A stretch of DNA of 64,000 nt, from NCBI GenBank assembly GCA_963832745.1, contig CAWHVC010000001.1, positions 192,001 through 256,000 of the forward strand. Direction: 5' to 3'. The notes beneath the pieces are model-generated. The model was not told the origin of the DNA, did not search any database, and worked only from the letters and a program-made list of their open reading frames with translations. This document shows, in pieces, positions 1 to 9,080 of this stretch (position 1 is its first letter; every line of letters begins with the position of its first letter). The DNA comes from Candidatus Bathyarchaeota archaeon (GTDB lineage: Archaea > Thermoproteota > Bathyarchaeia > Bathyarchaeales > Bathycorpusculaceae). Position numbers and translations under genes: made by a program.

Positions 1-615
1 GCCATAATAAATCATAGCTACTGGATAGAAGATATTTATTGCCCAAAAGATGCCGAAAATCAGCACAAGCAGACCCGGCAAACCCAACGCGACGCGTGAA
101 TATCGCGGGTTGTCAACAAGTAACTTCATGTATTTGGTAAATACTGCAGCAGTTTCCTCGATTGATTCACTGTGCTTGATAACTATACGCCTAACTGAGG
201 ATACTGGCACACGTGACTCAACAAGAGGCAAAACCGCTTCGTCAGAGTAACCGTCAGAAACCAAGATAACTTCGGTAGCGCTGAAAGTGTCAAGAAGATT
301 GTTGAGTTCGCCAACAAGTTTTCTGTCTGCCGTCACACCGCCAAGTTCAGTGCCTGAAATTGTGGCTACCTCAAAAGTTTCGCCAGGCTTTTTCTCGCTT
401 AATAGGCGGTCGTAAAGACGGATGGCTTCAAACATGGCGTTAGCGTCAGGTTCTTCTGGATCTTTTAAAGCCAAGGCAACTGCCGCGTCAAGATTGGCGA
501 CTCGGCCAAGCAGAGGCGTTTTAATGCCTGCTTTAACCTCTATATCGCCATCTCTATCAACACATAAAATTAGAATGCTATTTTGCGTTTGCTGCGGCAT
601 TTCCTTGTTAGCCAT
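1..615 (-). CDS. DUF373 family protein (partial, runs off window start)
   Basis: Manual translation from ATG at 615: MANKE..LILCVDRDGDIEVKAGIKTP..DPEEPDANAMF..VSDGYSDEAVLPLVESR, typical DUF373 motifs; absent from the ORF track. Confidence 0.85.
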   Translation of the reverse strand, partial: MANKEMPQQTQNSILILCVDRDGDIEVKAGIKTPLLGRVANLDAAVALALKDPEEPDANAMFEAIRLYDRLLSEKKPGETFEVATISGTELGGVTADRKLVGELNNLLDTFSATEVILVSDGYSDEAVLPLVESRVPVSSVRRIVIKHSESIEETAAVFTKYMKLLVDNPRYSRVALGLPGLLVLIFGIFWAINIFYPVAMIYYG

Positions 616-647
616 CGTATCTAATCCTAAATGTGCCACAGTTTAAT

Positions 648-1598
648 TTATTTTTGCGTATCAGCGTCCTCGGATTCTTCATCACTGGCAAGTAGTTGGA
701 ATTCGTTCCAACTGAGTTTTTCGCCTTTGTTTAGTTTCTCTTTTGCTTGAGCGCCAAGTTTTTCTTTAAGAGCCTGCTCGTTAAGTAGTTTCTTGTTTCG
801 TTGAACTGCGAACTGTTCTTTCTCTTTTAATCTTAGAGCTATTTCTTTTTCTCTTAACTCTTTATTTTGTTCCCGAACAGTGTTCTGTACACCTAACATT
901 TGACCTGTGAGGACAGCGATGTCAACAAGTAACGTTTTAATTTTTTCTTTGTTTTCAATGAAGCCCTTATGTAACGCGTCAGCTTCTTCTTTTGCCTTTT
1001 TTGCTTCAGCGATTTTGGCAATCATGCTTTCATGAAGTTCTTGGCTTTTCTTTGCCATTTCAGAAAGTTCCTTGTGGAAAGCATCTGCCTGTTGATCAAG
1101 AACTTTGCGTTCCTGTATGTGCTCAGCAATCTTTTTGTTTTGCTTTTCAATCTTTTTATAACCACTAAGCTGAGTTTCAAGAAGTTTTACTTCGCCTACT
1201 AAGCGTTTTTCTTCTTGTAAATCTAAAGATTCAGTTTGAATCTTCCAATCAATTTTGTTTATTTCTTCCTGGATGTCTTTTTGCCGAACACGAGGCGCTT
1301 TCTTTTTAAGCTCTTCCTTTTTTTCGTTGATCGCCTGAATTTCATCCATTATCGGCTTTATTTTAACCCTAACCTCGTCCCTTTGTTGCTTAAGGGTTTG
1401 CACGTTTTGGTTAATTTCATCCCGTTGTTTTTTAATGTCACGGATTTCGAGGTTAATTTTTTTAGTTTGCTCGTTTAATTGGTCTCTTTTCTCAACCTGC
1501 TTTTTCGATTCTATGTCTGCTTTATTCACTTGATCTTTAAGGGTCGCGATCTGTGAACGCAAGTTAGCGATTTGATTGAGTTTATCTTGGGTTGACAC
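648..1598 (-). CDS. Archaeal coiled-coil protein (COG1340-like)
   Basis: 316 aa, K/E/Q-rich heptads, IQTESLDLQEEKRLV and C-terminal GEKLSWNEFQLL motifs. Confidence 0.75.
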   Translation of the reverse strand: MSTQDKLNQIANLRSQIATLKDQVNKADIESKKQVEKRDQLNEQTKKINLEIRDIKKQRDEINQNVQTLKQQRDEVRVKIKPIMDEIQAINEKKEELKKKAPRVRQKDIQEEINKIDWKIQTESLDLQEEKRLVGEVKLLETQLSGYKKIEKQNKKIAEHIQERKVLDQQADAFHKELSEMAKKSQELHESMIAKIAEAKKAKEEADALHKGFIENKEKIKTLLVDIAVLTGQMLGVQNTVREQNKELREKEIALRLKEKEQFAVQRNKKLLNEQALKEKLGAQAKEKLNKGEKLSWNEFQLLASDEESEDADTQK

Positions 1599-1749
1599 GT
1601 TTATCCTCTGTGCAGTTTTGGATTAATAGTCTTGTAAATTACAGGCTTATATTATTTTAACTTACTCTTTGTAGATTTTTCCCATGCTAATACCATTTTC
1701 ATGCATTATAAGTTTTAAATACATGCAAACACCATCATTGGACTGAGAC

Positions 1750-2166
1750 TTGATTATGGACTTTCGCTATGATGATTTATTAAAAAGGGCCGAAGAACAA
1801 ATGCCAGAGGTCTCTTTAAAAAAGGAACGCCTTGAACTGCCAAGACTATACATCACAACTGTTGGCATGCGAACAATTATCTCCAACTTTGGAGAGATTG
1901 CAGACGTTTTAGACCGCGACCCACAACATATACTAAAATTCTTAACTCGAGAAATGGCAACTGCCGCAACATTCCACGATAACCGCGCTATCTTCCAAGG
2001 TAAATTTCAACGTGAAAGCTTCGAACGTCTACTGCAAAGATACATGGATGCATTCGTAATTTGCCCAGTATGCAAACGCCCAGACACTAAACTTGTAAAA
2101 GAAAAACGACTTTCGTTCCTTGTCTGTAACGCTTGCGGCGCAAAATCTGCTATTAAACAAATTTAG
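1750..2166 (+). CDS. eif2b: Translation initiation factor aIF-2 beta subunit
   Basis: NF.EIA..L.RDP.H motif; C-terminal CPVC..PDT..CNACGA zinc ribbon. Confidence 0.95.
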   Translation: MIMDFRYDDLLKRAEEQMPEVSLKKERLELPRLYITTVGMRTIISNFGEIADVLDRDPQHILKFLTREMATAATFHDNRAIFQGKFQRESFERLLQRYMDAFVICPVCKRPDTKLVKEKRLSFLVCNACGAKSAIKQI

Positions 2167-2176
2167 GGAAGTAACG

Positions 2177-2473
2177 ATGGAAGTTTACGTTAAACTAAAA
2201 CAGGTAGGCAAAAACGTTGTTTTAGCTATCTGTGATGTTGAACTTCTCGGAAAAACCCTGCGTGAAGGCAAGATTATTTTTAAAATTAAGGACGAGTTTT
2301 ATAACGGTGGAAAAGCCAATGTTGACGAGGCGGTTAGCATGATAAACAATTCAACAATCGTCAACTTGGTGGGCAAATGCTGTGTTGAAAAAGCCATTCA
2401 GAAAGGCTATGTTCACCCAGATGCTGTACTAAACATTGAAGGCATTCCACATGCCCAAATAATAAAATTGTAA
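2177..2473 (+). CDS. DUF424 family protein
   Basis: LAICDVELLGK, NLVG..CV..A..G, GIPHAQ motifs; start moved to ATG 2177; usual neighbour of aIF-2beta. Confidence 0.85.
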   Translation: MEVYVKLKQVGKNVVLAICDVELLGKTLREGKIIFKIKDEFYNGGKANVDEAVSMINNSTIVNLVGKCCVEKAIQKGYVHPDAVLNIEGIPHAQIIKL

Positions 2474-2482
2474 ATTCGCATT

Positions 2483-2902
2483 TTACCGGGTCACTAATAC
2501 TGGACACGGAGCGTTCTTTATAACGCCGTGACTTACACTGCCTAAAAAAAGCTCTTTCATCCCGCTTAATCCCCTGACACCCATAACAATTAACTCAAAA
2601 TAACCTTCGTGGGCGGTCTTAACAATTTGCTCAACTGCATCACCCTCGAGCAACAATTTGTTGACATCAAGACCTTCATTTTTGGCCAGTTTTTTCCCTT
2701 TTGCCAACAAAGATTCACCGTTTTTTAAAGCCAATTGATAGAAATATTCTTGTCGTTCTGATACTATAAGTGAAGTTCCCATTGAATATACATGTAATAT
2801 CGTAATTTTTCCTTTTGTCAATTTAGCTAATTCAAGAGCTTCACGTAATGCACTTAAAGAAGAATCTGAACCGTCTATTGGAACTAAGATTTTATTGTAC
2901 AT
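2483..2902 (-). CDS. Universal stress protein (UspA family)
   Basis: KILVPIDGS N-terminus; G..G..LFLGSVS..V...APCPVLV C-terminus. Confidence 0.95.
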   Translation of the reverse strand: MYNKILVPIDGSDSSLSALREALELAKLTKGKITILHVYSMGTSLIVSERQEYFYQLALKNGESLLAKGKKLAKNEGLDVNKLLLEGDAVEQIVKTAHEGYFELIVMGVRGLSGMKELFLGSVSHGVIKNAPCPVLVTR

Positions 2903-2971
2903 AATTGATGTTTTTCCCTACTCGGATTTTGATTTTTAGTTCGACATAAAAAAAGAAATGCAAGTACACAC

Positions 2972-3262
2972 TTAAAGTGGTCTTAGGTATATCCCGACTT
3001 GTCCTTTGGATATTTTAAGTTCTACACCGTTTTCTGTGCAGCACGCAAGACCTTTTTCTAAAGCAGAAATGGCCAGTTTGTTTCTGGGCATTTCAAGCAT
3101 TGCTGGTTTTATGCCAAGAACGTCTTCACTAGCTTCCTTGCTTAATTCAACCTCTAGGTGTGTCACTTTCCATTCTTCAGGATCAAAGATTATGCCTTTT
3201 ACTTTGCCAATCCTAAATCCTTTTATAAAAATGTCTTTGTCTTCTATCTGCTTAAAATTCAC
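2972..3262 (-). CDS. PRC-barrel domain protein
   Basis: IGKVKGIIFDPEEWKVTHLEV pattern. Confidence 0.7.
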   Translation of the reverse strand: MNFKQIEDKDIFIKGFRIGKVKGIIFDPEEWKVTHLEVELSKEASEDVLGIKPAMLEMPRNKLAISALEKGLACCTENGVELKISKGQVGIYLRPL

Positions 3263-3379
3263 TTAAAATTCCTCACTTATTTATCGCTCTTTTGGTTTAT
3301 AAATTTTGGTCAACTTACCCATTGTTTTGCTCATTAATTCAGCGTCATCCGAGATAATTCTAAACTGCAGGTTTTAATG

Positions 3380-3907
3380 CTACACTGAATTTTTTGTATC
3401 ACCCATTATTTTTTGGATTAAATTTATAAAAAAATAAACAATAGTCGGCGTAAAAATCGAGAAAACTGCAATTACATAGTTTATTGGGTAGACGAAGTAG
3501 CTTTCAAACAGGTTACTGGCAGGGGAAAACGACATATAAATAGACAATTGGTAACCCCAAAGCTGAAAAAGCGACCAAACCGAAACGAAAACAATTGCCC
3601 CAACAAATCTTGCAAAATATTTGATTTTAACGGTTAAATGCTGTTTAATGTAGTATCCTGCAAAGACTTCGCCTGCTATAGCTCCAGCAGCACCTGGAAA
3701 AAACATATTGACCAAAATTTTTTCAGACAGATTTCCAGGAATGAAGTGGTCTATCCAGTAGCCGGGCCAGTTTAAAAAGGGTATAATTATGCTGCCTGTT
3801 GCATAACGAATCGTAACAGGAATCAAATAAATGATTATGCCTACAATCATCCAAGTCCAAAAACGTTTACTCTTTAATGTGGCTGCAACGGCAAATCTAA
3901 AGCTCAT
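3380..3907 (-). CDS. Hypothetical membrane protein
   Basis: 175 aa with about 4 hydrophobic segments. Confidence 0.6.
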   Translation of the reverse strand: MSFRFAVAATLKSKRFWTWMIVGIIIYLIPVTIRYATGSIIIPFLNWPGYWIDHFIPGNLSEKILVNMFFPGAAGAIAGEVFAGYYIKQHLTVKIKYFARFVGAIVFVSVWSLFQLWGYQLSIYMSFSPASNLFESYFVYPINYVIAVFSIFTPTIVYFFINLIQKIMGDTKNSV

Positions 3908-3947
3908 ACGCTTTATGGCGCATTTAAATTTTAAAAATGTTCTTGAT

Positions 3948-4724
3948 TTAAGCTGCGGTTAACGTAAGATTGCTTTGTTGCTGTTCAACTGTAATTTGTC
4001 TTATTTCCGTTGTGAAAACTGGTTTTTGACTATTTTCTTCTATGGTGCCGCCGCTGAGAATGACTTCTTTAGCTCTGGGTCCAACGTTAAAAAGCAAATC
4101 TACAATAGACATGTTTGGTTCAAATCCTTCAAATTGTTGCTTATAGGTTGGATGCAGGTAGTTGTGCCATTGCAGTTTAATGTTCGCGTTAAAGAAGGAT
4201 TCCTCGTCGACATAGGCCCTTCCACCACTGCCCGCGAGGTAACTGTTTGAACCAAAAAATTTGCACATCGAAATCAATTTTTCATTTTTGTCTTGACCAA
4301 TATACGGAAATTCAGAGCTGCGAATCATTTTAACTTTTATGCCTAAAGCTTCAGCGATGTTTTTTAGAAGATGCAGGTTTAAGTCGATTAGCTGTTCATG
4401 GTTGAAGTTTAGCGCTTCTTGAATTAATGGAAAATAAGTTTCAAAGTACGGTGCTTTCTCATAGTTTTGAACTAAAAGTTGTGTATGGTCTCGTCTCCAT
4501 TCGCTTCCTGAAATTCGAACGTCCTTAATCATTTGTGGATGGTTATGTACTATGGGAATTGTTATCCAACGCCAACCTTTGCTGGTTCTTATACGGTTAC
4601 GGTTATGATAGCCGCCGTGCACGTATTGTGCATCATCATAAATAACGAAAACATCACACCTCGCAAGTTTATCAAAAAAGCCCATCCATGGAATGTATTC
4701 CGGTTGATGAACAAAAATAATCAT
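3948..4724 (-). CDS. WbqC-like family protein
   Basis: HQPEYIPWMGFFDK, NRNRI, NYEKAPYF and SIVDLLFN motifs. Confidence 0.9.
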   Translation of the reverse strand: MIIFVHQPEYIPWMGFFDKLARCDVFVIYDDAQYVHGGYHNRNRIRTSKGWRWITIPIVHNHPQMIKDVRISGSEWRRDHTQLLVQNYEKAPYFETYFPLIQEALNFNHEQLIDLNLHLLKNIAEALGIKVKMIRSSEFPYIGQDKNEKLISMCKFFGSNSYLAGSGGRAYVDEESFFNANIKLQWHNYLHPTYKQQFEGFEPNMSIVDLLFNVGPRAKEVILSGGTIEENSQKPVFTTEIRQITVEQQQSNLTLTAA

Positions 4725-5134
4725 TTAATTTCTCCTTTAACAGAGGCTTGCTTTGTTTTATTGGGAGTTAATGCTTTAGTTAGAACTGATGTTATGCTGC
4801 TTGCTTGCTCACTTCTTTATTAGCTTAACATCACTGCTTGCTTTTCGTACAATTCCCATGGGTTCATGACTGAAAACAACTGTCTTCAAAACGAAGTAGC
4901 CTCCATAGTACGGATGTTGAAATTTGTTATATAAGGACTAGTTACTGTCACATGTAACCACAATCAACATTCAGGTTCATGCTATCCAAAGCTTGAGGCA
5001 ACTTCTGAAAGCCCTTTGAAACAGCTAAAAACTGTGAAGGGCTTCGGAGTGGCGTATCATCATAAAATTTAATTAACAATTAACCTTCTACATGATAAAC
5101 AAACCGTCTTTAACTAGCCCCTGTCGGAAAATTC

Positions 5135-6484
5135 ATGAAAATAGCCTTATCTGGAAGAGTTATCGCCTTAATCTTAATAGTTGCATTACTTGTTTCTGCG
5201 CTCAACACTTACCTTGTAATCAGCCAATACACTGCGATGAATGAGGCGGGGCAAACTGACAGTTCCGGCTACGACTTTGTCGTCTCCCAAGACGGGTCAA
5301 CCTTTAAAGCCCGAAATACGCTCACCAACCAAATAACCTACGGTTTCGTAACCGCTTCGATAGCAATCAATCAAGCGTTAACTCAAGGTAGCTCTGTTTA
5401 CCTTGACAAAGGCAACTTCAACTTGACCGAAGATATCGTTGTTTCTAACAAGTGGAATATCAAAATTGTGGGCGACGGCGCAGTAATCAACGGCAACGGA
5501 CACAAAATCATCATACGTGGAGACAACTATACGGCTTCAAAATACCCATTGATTTCAGGTTTAATCATAAATGACGGCACACTTAGAATCGAAAACTCGT
5601 TTGGCGCAACCATAACCAGCATGATATTCCAAAACAGCACCGTTGGTCTCGAATTTGTTAACAGCGACACTTGGACTGAAGGCACAAAAATCGAAAACTG
5701 CCACTTCATCAACTGCACAGAAGGTATCGCTTTTCGAACCCCTACGGGTACCGCGACTGGTTCCTACGCAAGTTCAGAAATAAACAGGTGCTTCTTCAAT
5801 CAATATGACAATTCGGTAGCAATTAACGTTGAAAACCAAACAGAATTTTCAAACAGCCAACTTCAAGATGTACGCATCTGGATTGGTGAAAACGGAGGTT
5901 ACAACCAAACAGGTTTACGTTTAGGCGGAACAATGTCTCAGTCCCTTCTTATCGGCGTAGTCTTTGAATCATTCAGCAACTCGCCAGACCTACTCTTTGG
6001 CATTGACCTTTTAGAATCAGCAGATGCAACACCCATCATTGATGGAGGCGTCAGTTTTCTGGGTAACTGGACCGCAAGAATCCATAACCCCTACAGCATA
6101 TGGATATCAGCAGCCGGTAGCATATTTGACCGCAAAAACATGCCAGTCCCAATAGGCGTAGACGGCAAATATGGCGATAACGTTACAATTATGCCTAAAC
6201 CCCTTAAAATTGTCACTTTCAAACCCAAAATTGATGTTCAAGGAAGCTTTAGCCACAACGAAACAATAACCGTGCGCATCCAACTAGAATACATAGATAA
6301 CGTTTATTCAACGCCTGTTGTGAAGGTTTTTACTAACAGTTCCAGCGTTTGGCTTTCTGATGATGAAATACTGCAACTGTTTCCTTCTCAAAACGTGATA
6401 TGGTCAATAATTGTTGATGCCTCTTGTAGTTCAAGCATAACAGATGCAACCGTGAAAATCAGCGGTTACGGCATAGCTGGTTAA
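5135..6484 (+). CDS. Secreted or membrane-anchored protein with probable pectin-lyase-like beta-helix
   Basis: N-terminal hydrophobic helix; AINQAL...VYLDKGNF followed by N/G/I-rich beta-helix-like repeats. Confidence 0.6.
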   Translation: MKIALSGRVIALILIVALLVSALNTYLVISQYTAMNEAGQTDSSGYDFVVSQDGSTFKARNTLTNQITYGFVTASIAINQALTQGSSVYLDKGNFNLTEDIVVSNKWNIKIVGDGAVINGNGHKIIIRGDNYTASKYPLISGLIINDGTLRIENSFGATITSMIFQNSTVGLEFVNSDTWTEGTKIENCHFINCTEGIAFRTPTGTATGSYASSEINRCFFNQYDNSVAINVENQTEFSNSQLQDVRIWIGENGGYNQTGLRLGGTMSQSLLIGVVFESFSNSPDLLFGIDLLESADATPIIDGGVSFLGNWTARIHNPYSIWISAAGSIFDRKNMPVPIGVDGKYGDNVTIMPKPLKIVTFKPKIDVQGSFSHNETITVRIQLEYIDNVYSTPVVKVFTNSSSVWLSDDEILQLFPSQNVIWSIIVDASCSSSITDATVKISGYGIAG

Positions 6485-6488
6485 CTTG

Positions 6489-6857
6489 TCACTTTTCTTT
6501 AGCTGCTGGCGGCTTCTTTGTTAATTCCGCCTTGTCCAAGGTTGCATACTCAAAAATGGCTGAACGTTTCACCGCCTTTTTAGGGCACACATCTACACAG
6601 TTATTGCAAAAAATACATTTGTCCAACCTGTACTGGGGACGCTTTTTTCCGTCAACTTCAACCATTTCTATGGCTTTTGATGGACAGTTTTTGGCGCATA
6701 AGCTGCATCCAATACAAAGGTCGTAATCAAAAATGGGTTCACCACGGTAGTTTTCGCAAAGTTCCGGCTTAACAAAGGGGTACTGAGTTGTTGCTGGCTT
6801 TGAAAAAACGTTCTTAATTGCTCTGATTGCACCGTTTCCGCCCTTTTTTTTGGTCAA
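6489..6857 (-). CDS. 2x[4Fe-4S] ferredoxin-like protein (NuoI/EchF-like)
   Basis: PATTQYP..YRG; CIGCSLCAKNCP and CIFCNNCVDVCP. Confidence 0.9.
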   Translation of the reverse strand: MTKKKGGNGAIRAIKNVFSKPATTQYPFVKPELCENYRGEPIFDYDLCIGCSLCAKNCPSKAIEMVEVDGKKRPQYRLDKCIFCNNCVDVCPKKAVKRSAIFEYATLDKAELTKKPPAAKEK

Positions 6858-6964
6858 CTTTCAACCAACCTTAACTTAAATCTAAACTCGGTTCTATATT
6901 TAATTAATCATCAATAAACCCAATAAAAATGGTTAATTTAAAAAAAGAAAAAAATAGCCGCTAC

Positions 6965-8347
6965 TTATTCGTTGAGCAGGTTTTTTCGGCTAAAAATCTT
7001 TTCCAACTGCTCAGGCTTAAGCAAACCCTTCTCCAAAGCAATTTCTTTAACTGAGCGACATTCATTTTGAGCTTGTTTTGCCAGTTTTGCTGCTTCCAAA
7101 TAACCAATATACGGTGACAGCAACGTGGCCATGGATGGATTATTTTCAAGGTAACCGGCGCATTTTTGCTCATTCACGGTTATGCCTTCAACGCATCGTT
7201 TGCGGAACACTGGCAAGTAGTTGGTGAGAATATGAATAGAAAAATGTAGGTTATACACGATTGCTGGTGTCATAACGTTTAATTCCAATTGTCCCGCTTG
7301 AACGGCTAAAGCAACTGCTGAGTCGTTTCCTACTACTTGGTAAGCTACCATGTCAAGGCATTCAGCCATAACAGGATTTACCTTACCCGGCATAATTGAG
7401 GATCCTGGCTGAACAGGTGGTAAAGTAATCTCGTCAAGCCCCGTGGTTGGGCCAGAAGCCAATAGCCGTAAATCGTTAGCGATACGGATAAGCTCCAAAG
7501 CCAGTTCTTTTAAGCCGCTTGAAACTGTCGCCGCTGCCCTGTGGCTCTGCAAGGCCTCAAAATTGTTAACTGCAGGTTTTAGTGGGAACCCCGTCATTTT
7601 AGCGAGTTCGCCGATTGCAAGCCGCTTGTATTCTGGGTGCGCGTTGGCTCCGGTTCCGGTTGCTGTTCCGCCTAAAGCAACGGCATAAAGGTTTTCTTGG
7701 CGCCTCTTTAACTCATCAGAGCAGTGTTTTATCGCTGAACCATAAGCGCTGAACTCTTGCCCATTGGTGACAGGAACGGCATCTTGCAGGTGAGTTCTAC
7801 CTGACTTGATAATATGAGCGTATTTTTTGCCTAATGCTTCAAATGCTTCTGCTAGTAGGTCAAGCTCTTTTAGCAGGGACTGGAGTGCCATTAAAGTTGA
7901 AATGTGCAGGGCAGTTGGGAAAGTGTCATTGGTTGATTGCCCCATGTTAACATGGTCATTTGGTCCAACAATTTTGTATTCACCTCTTGGTTTGCCCAAA
8001 ATTTCCAAGGCACGGTTGGCTAAAACCTCGTTAACGTTCATGTTAAATGATGTTCCAGCGCCTGCTTGGAACACGTCAATTACGAATTGGTCAACAAACT
8101 TGCCATTTAAAACTTCGTCACAGGCTTGAATTATGGCGTCAGCTGTCTCTTTTTTAAGCCATCCTACCTGTAAGTTGGCGATTGCAGCAGCTTTTTTAAT
8201 GTAAACGTACGCTTTAACGAAAACTACTGGTTCTTTAAGGCCACTTATGGGAAAGTTTTCTGTTGCACGAAAAGTTTGGATTCCGAAGTATGCGTCTTTT
8301 GGAATTTCTTTTTCGCCAAGTGGGTCAATTTCTTTTCGGGTAGACAT
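6965..8347 (-). CDS. aspA: Aspartate ammonia-lyase (fumarase/aspartase superfamily)
   Basis: GAGTSFNMNVNEV, GRTHLQDA, GSSIMPGKVNPV, GQLELNV; class II fumarase not excluded. Confidence 0.8.
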   Translation of the reverse strand: MSTRKEIDPLGEKEIPKDAYFGIQTFRATENFPISGLKEPVVFVKAYVYIKKAAAIANLQVGWLKKETADAIIQACDEVLNGKFVDQFVIDVFQAGAGTSFNMNVNEVLANRALEILGKPRGEYKIVGPNDHVNMGQSTNDTFPTALHISTLMALQSLLKELDLLAEAFEALGKKYAHIIKSGRTHLQDAVPVTNGQEFSAYGSAIKHCSDELKRRQENLYAVALGGTATGTGANAHPEYKRLAIGELAKMTGFPLKPAVNNFEALQSHRAAATVSSGLKELALELIRIANDLRLLASGPTTGLDEITLPPVQPGSSIMPGKVNPVMAECLDMVAYQVVGNDSAVALAVQAGQLELNVMTPAIVYNLHFSIHILTNYLPVFRKRCVEGITVNEQKCAGYLENNPSMATLLSPYIGYLEAAKLAKQAQNECRSVKEIALEKGLLKPEQLEKIFSRKNLLNE

Positions 8348-8358
8348 GCCTGTTTCTC

Positions 8359-9078
8359 CTATTTGTCCTGTTTTTCTTGCTGTATTTTCTTCTTGGTTCT
8401 AATTATTGCCTCAGTCACTTTAATGTTCTTTGGACAAACAAGCGTACACCTGTAATAATTCTTGCAACCCTTCGCTCCATGAGGCTTCATCAAAACTTCA
8501 AGACGAGCCTCTGGATTGGTGGTTCGGGAATCAAAAACGTAACGTTGACCTCGAAGCACAGCGGCTGGACCCATAAACTTGGGGTCTTGCTCGTTCACTA
8601 CCGGGCAGGCTCCATAGCAACAAGCACAAAGAATGCATTTAACGGCGTCATCAAACACTGCCCTTTGCTCAGGCGTTTGAATACGCTCCTTTTCAGGTAT
8701 ATCTTCTATGGTTTTAACCGCTGGCTGAGGATTTATCGCTTTGATTCGCTCAAAAAACGGTTCCAAATTCACAATTAAATCCTTAACCACCTCAAAATAC
8801 CGCAGTGGCTCAATCAGCAGCGTCTTAGTGTAATCGTAGTCTTTTACAAGTTTTTGGCATGACAAGGCAGGTTGACTGTTTATGGTTAAGCCATCAGAGC
8901 CACAGATTCCGTGAGCGCAGGACATTCGAAAGCTTATACTACTGTCCTGTTGCCAGCGAATTTTATTTAGGCAATCAAGGATACGGTCGTTTGGTTCAGC
9001 ATCAACAATGAAAGTATCGTAGTGTGGCTGCTTGTCTATTTCGGGGTTAAAACGGTAAATCTTCATGGTCAACTTCAT
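8359..9078 (-). CDS. sdhB: Succinate dehydrogenase/fumarate reductase iron-sulfur subunit
   Basis: SCAHGICGSD [2Fe-2S] motif, CILCACCYGAC, C..YYRCTLVCPK; start set at ATG 9078. Confidence 0.92.
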   Translation of the reverse strand: MKLTMKIYRFNPEIDKQPHYDTFIVDAEPNDRILDCLNKIRWQQDSSISFRMSCAHGICGSDGLTINSQPALSCQKLVKDYDYTKTLLIEPLRYFEVVKDLIVNLEPFFERIKAINPQPAVKTIEDIPEKERIQTPEQRAVFDDAVKCILCACCYGACPVVNEQDPKFMGPAAVLRGQRYVFDSRTTNPEARLEVLMKPHGAKGCKNYYRCTLVCPKNIKVTEAIIRTKKKIQQEKQDK

Positions 9079-9080
9079 GG

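Noticed and set aside
4809-4889. Leader ORF upstream of wbqC with GGAGG
   Set aside because: Only 26 codons, with no recognisable features
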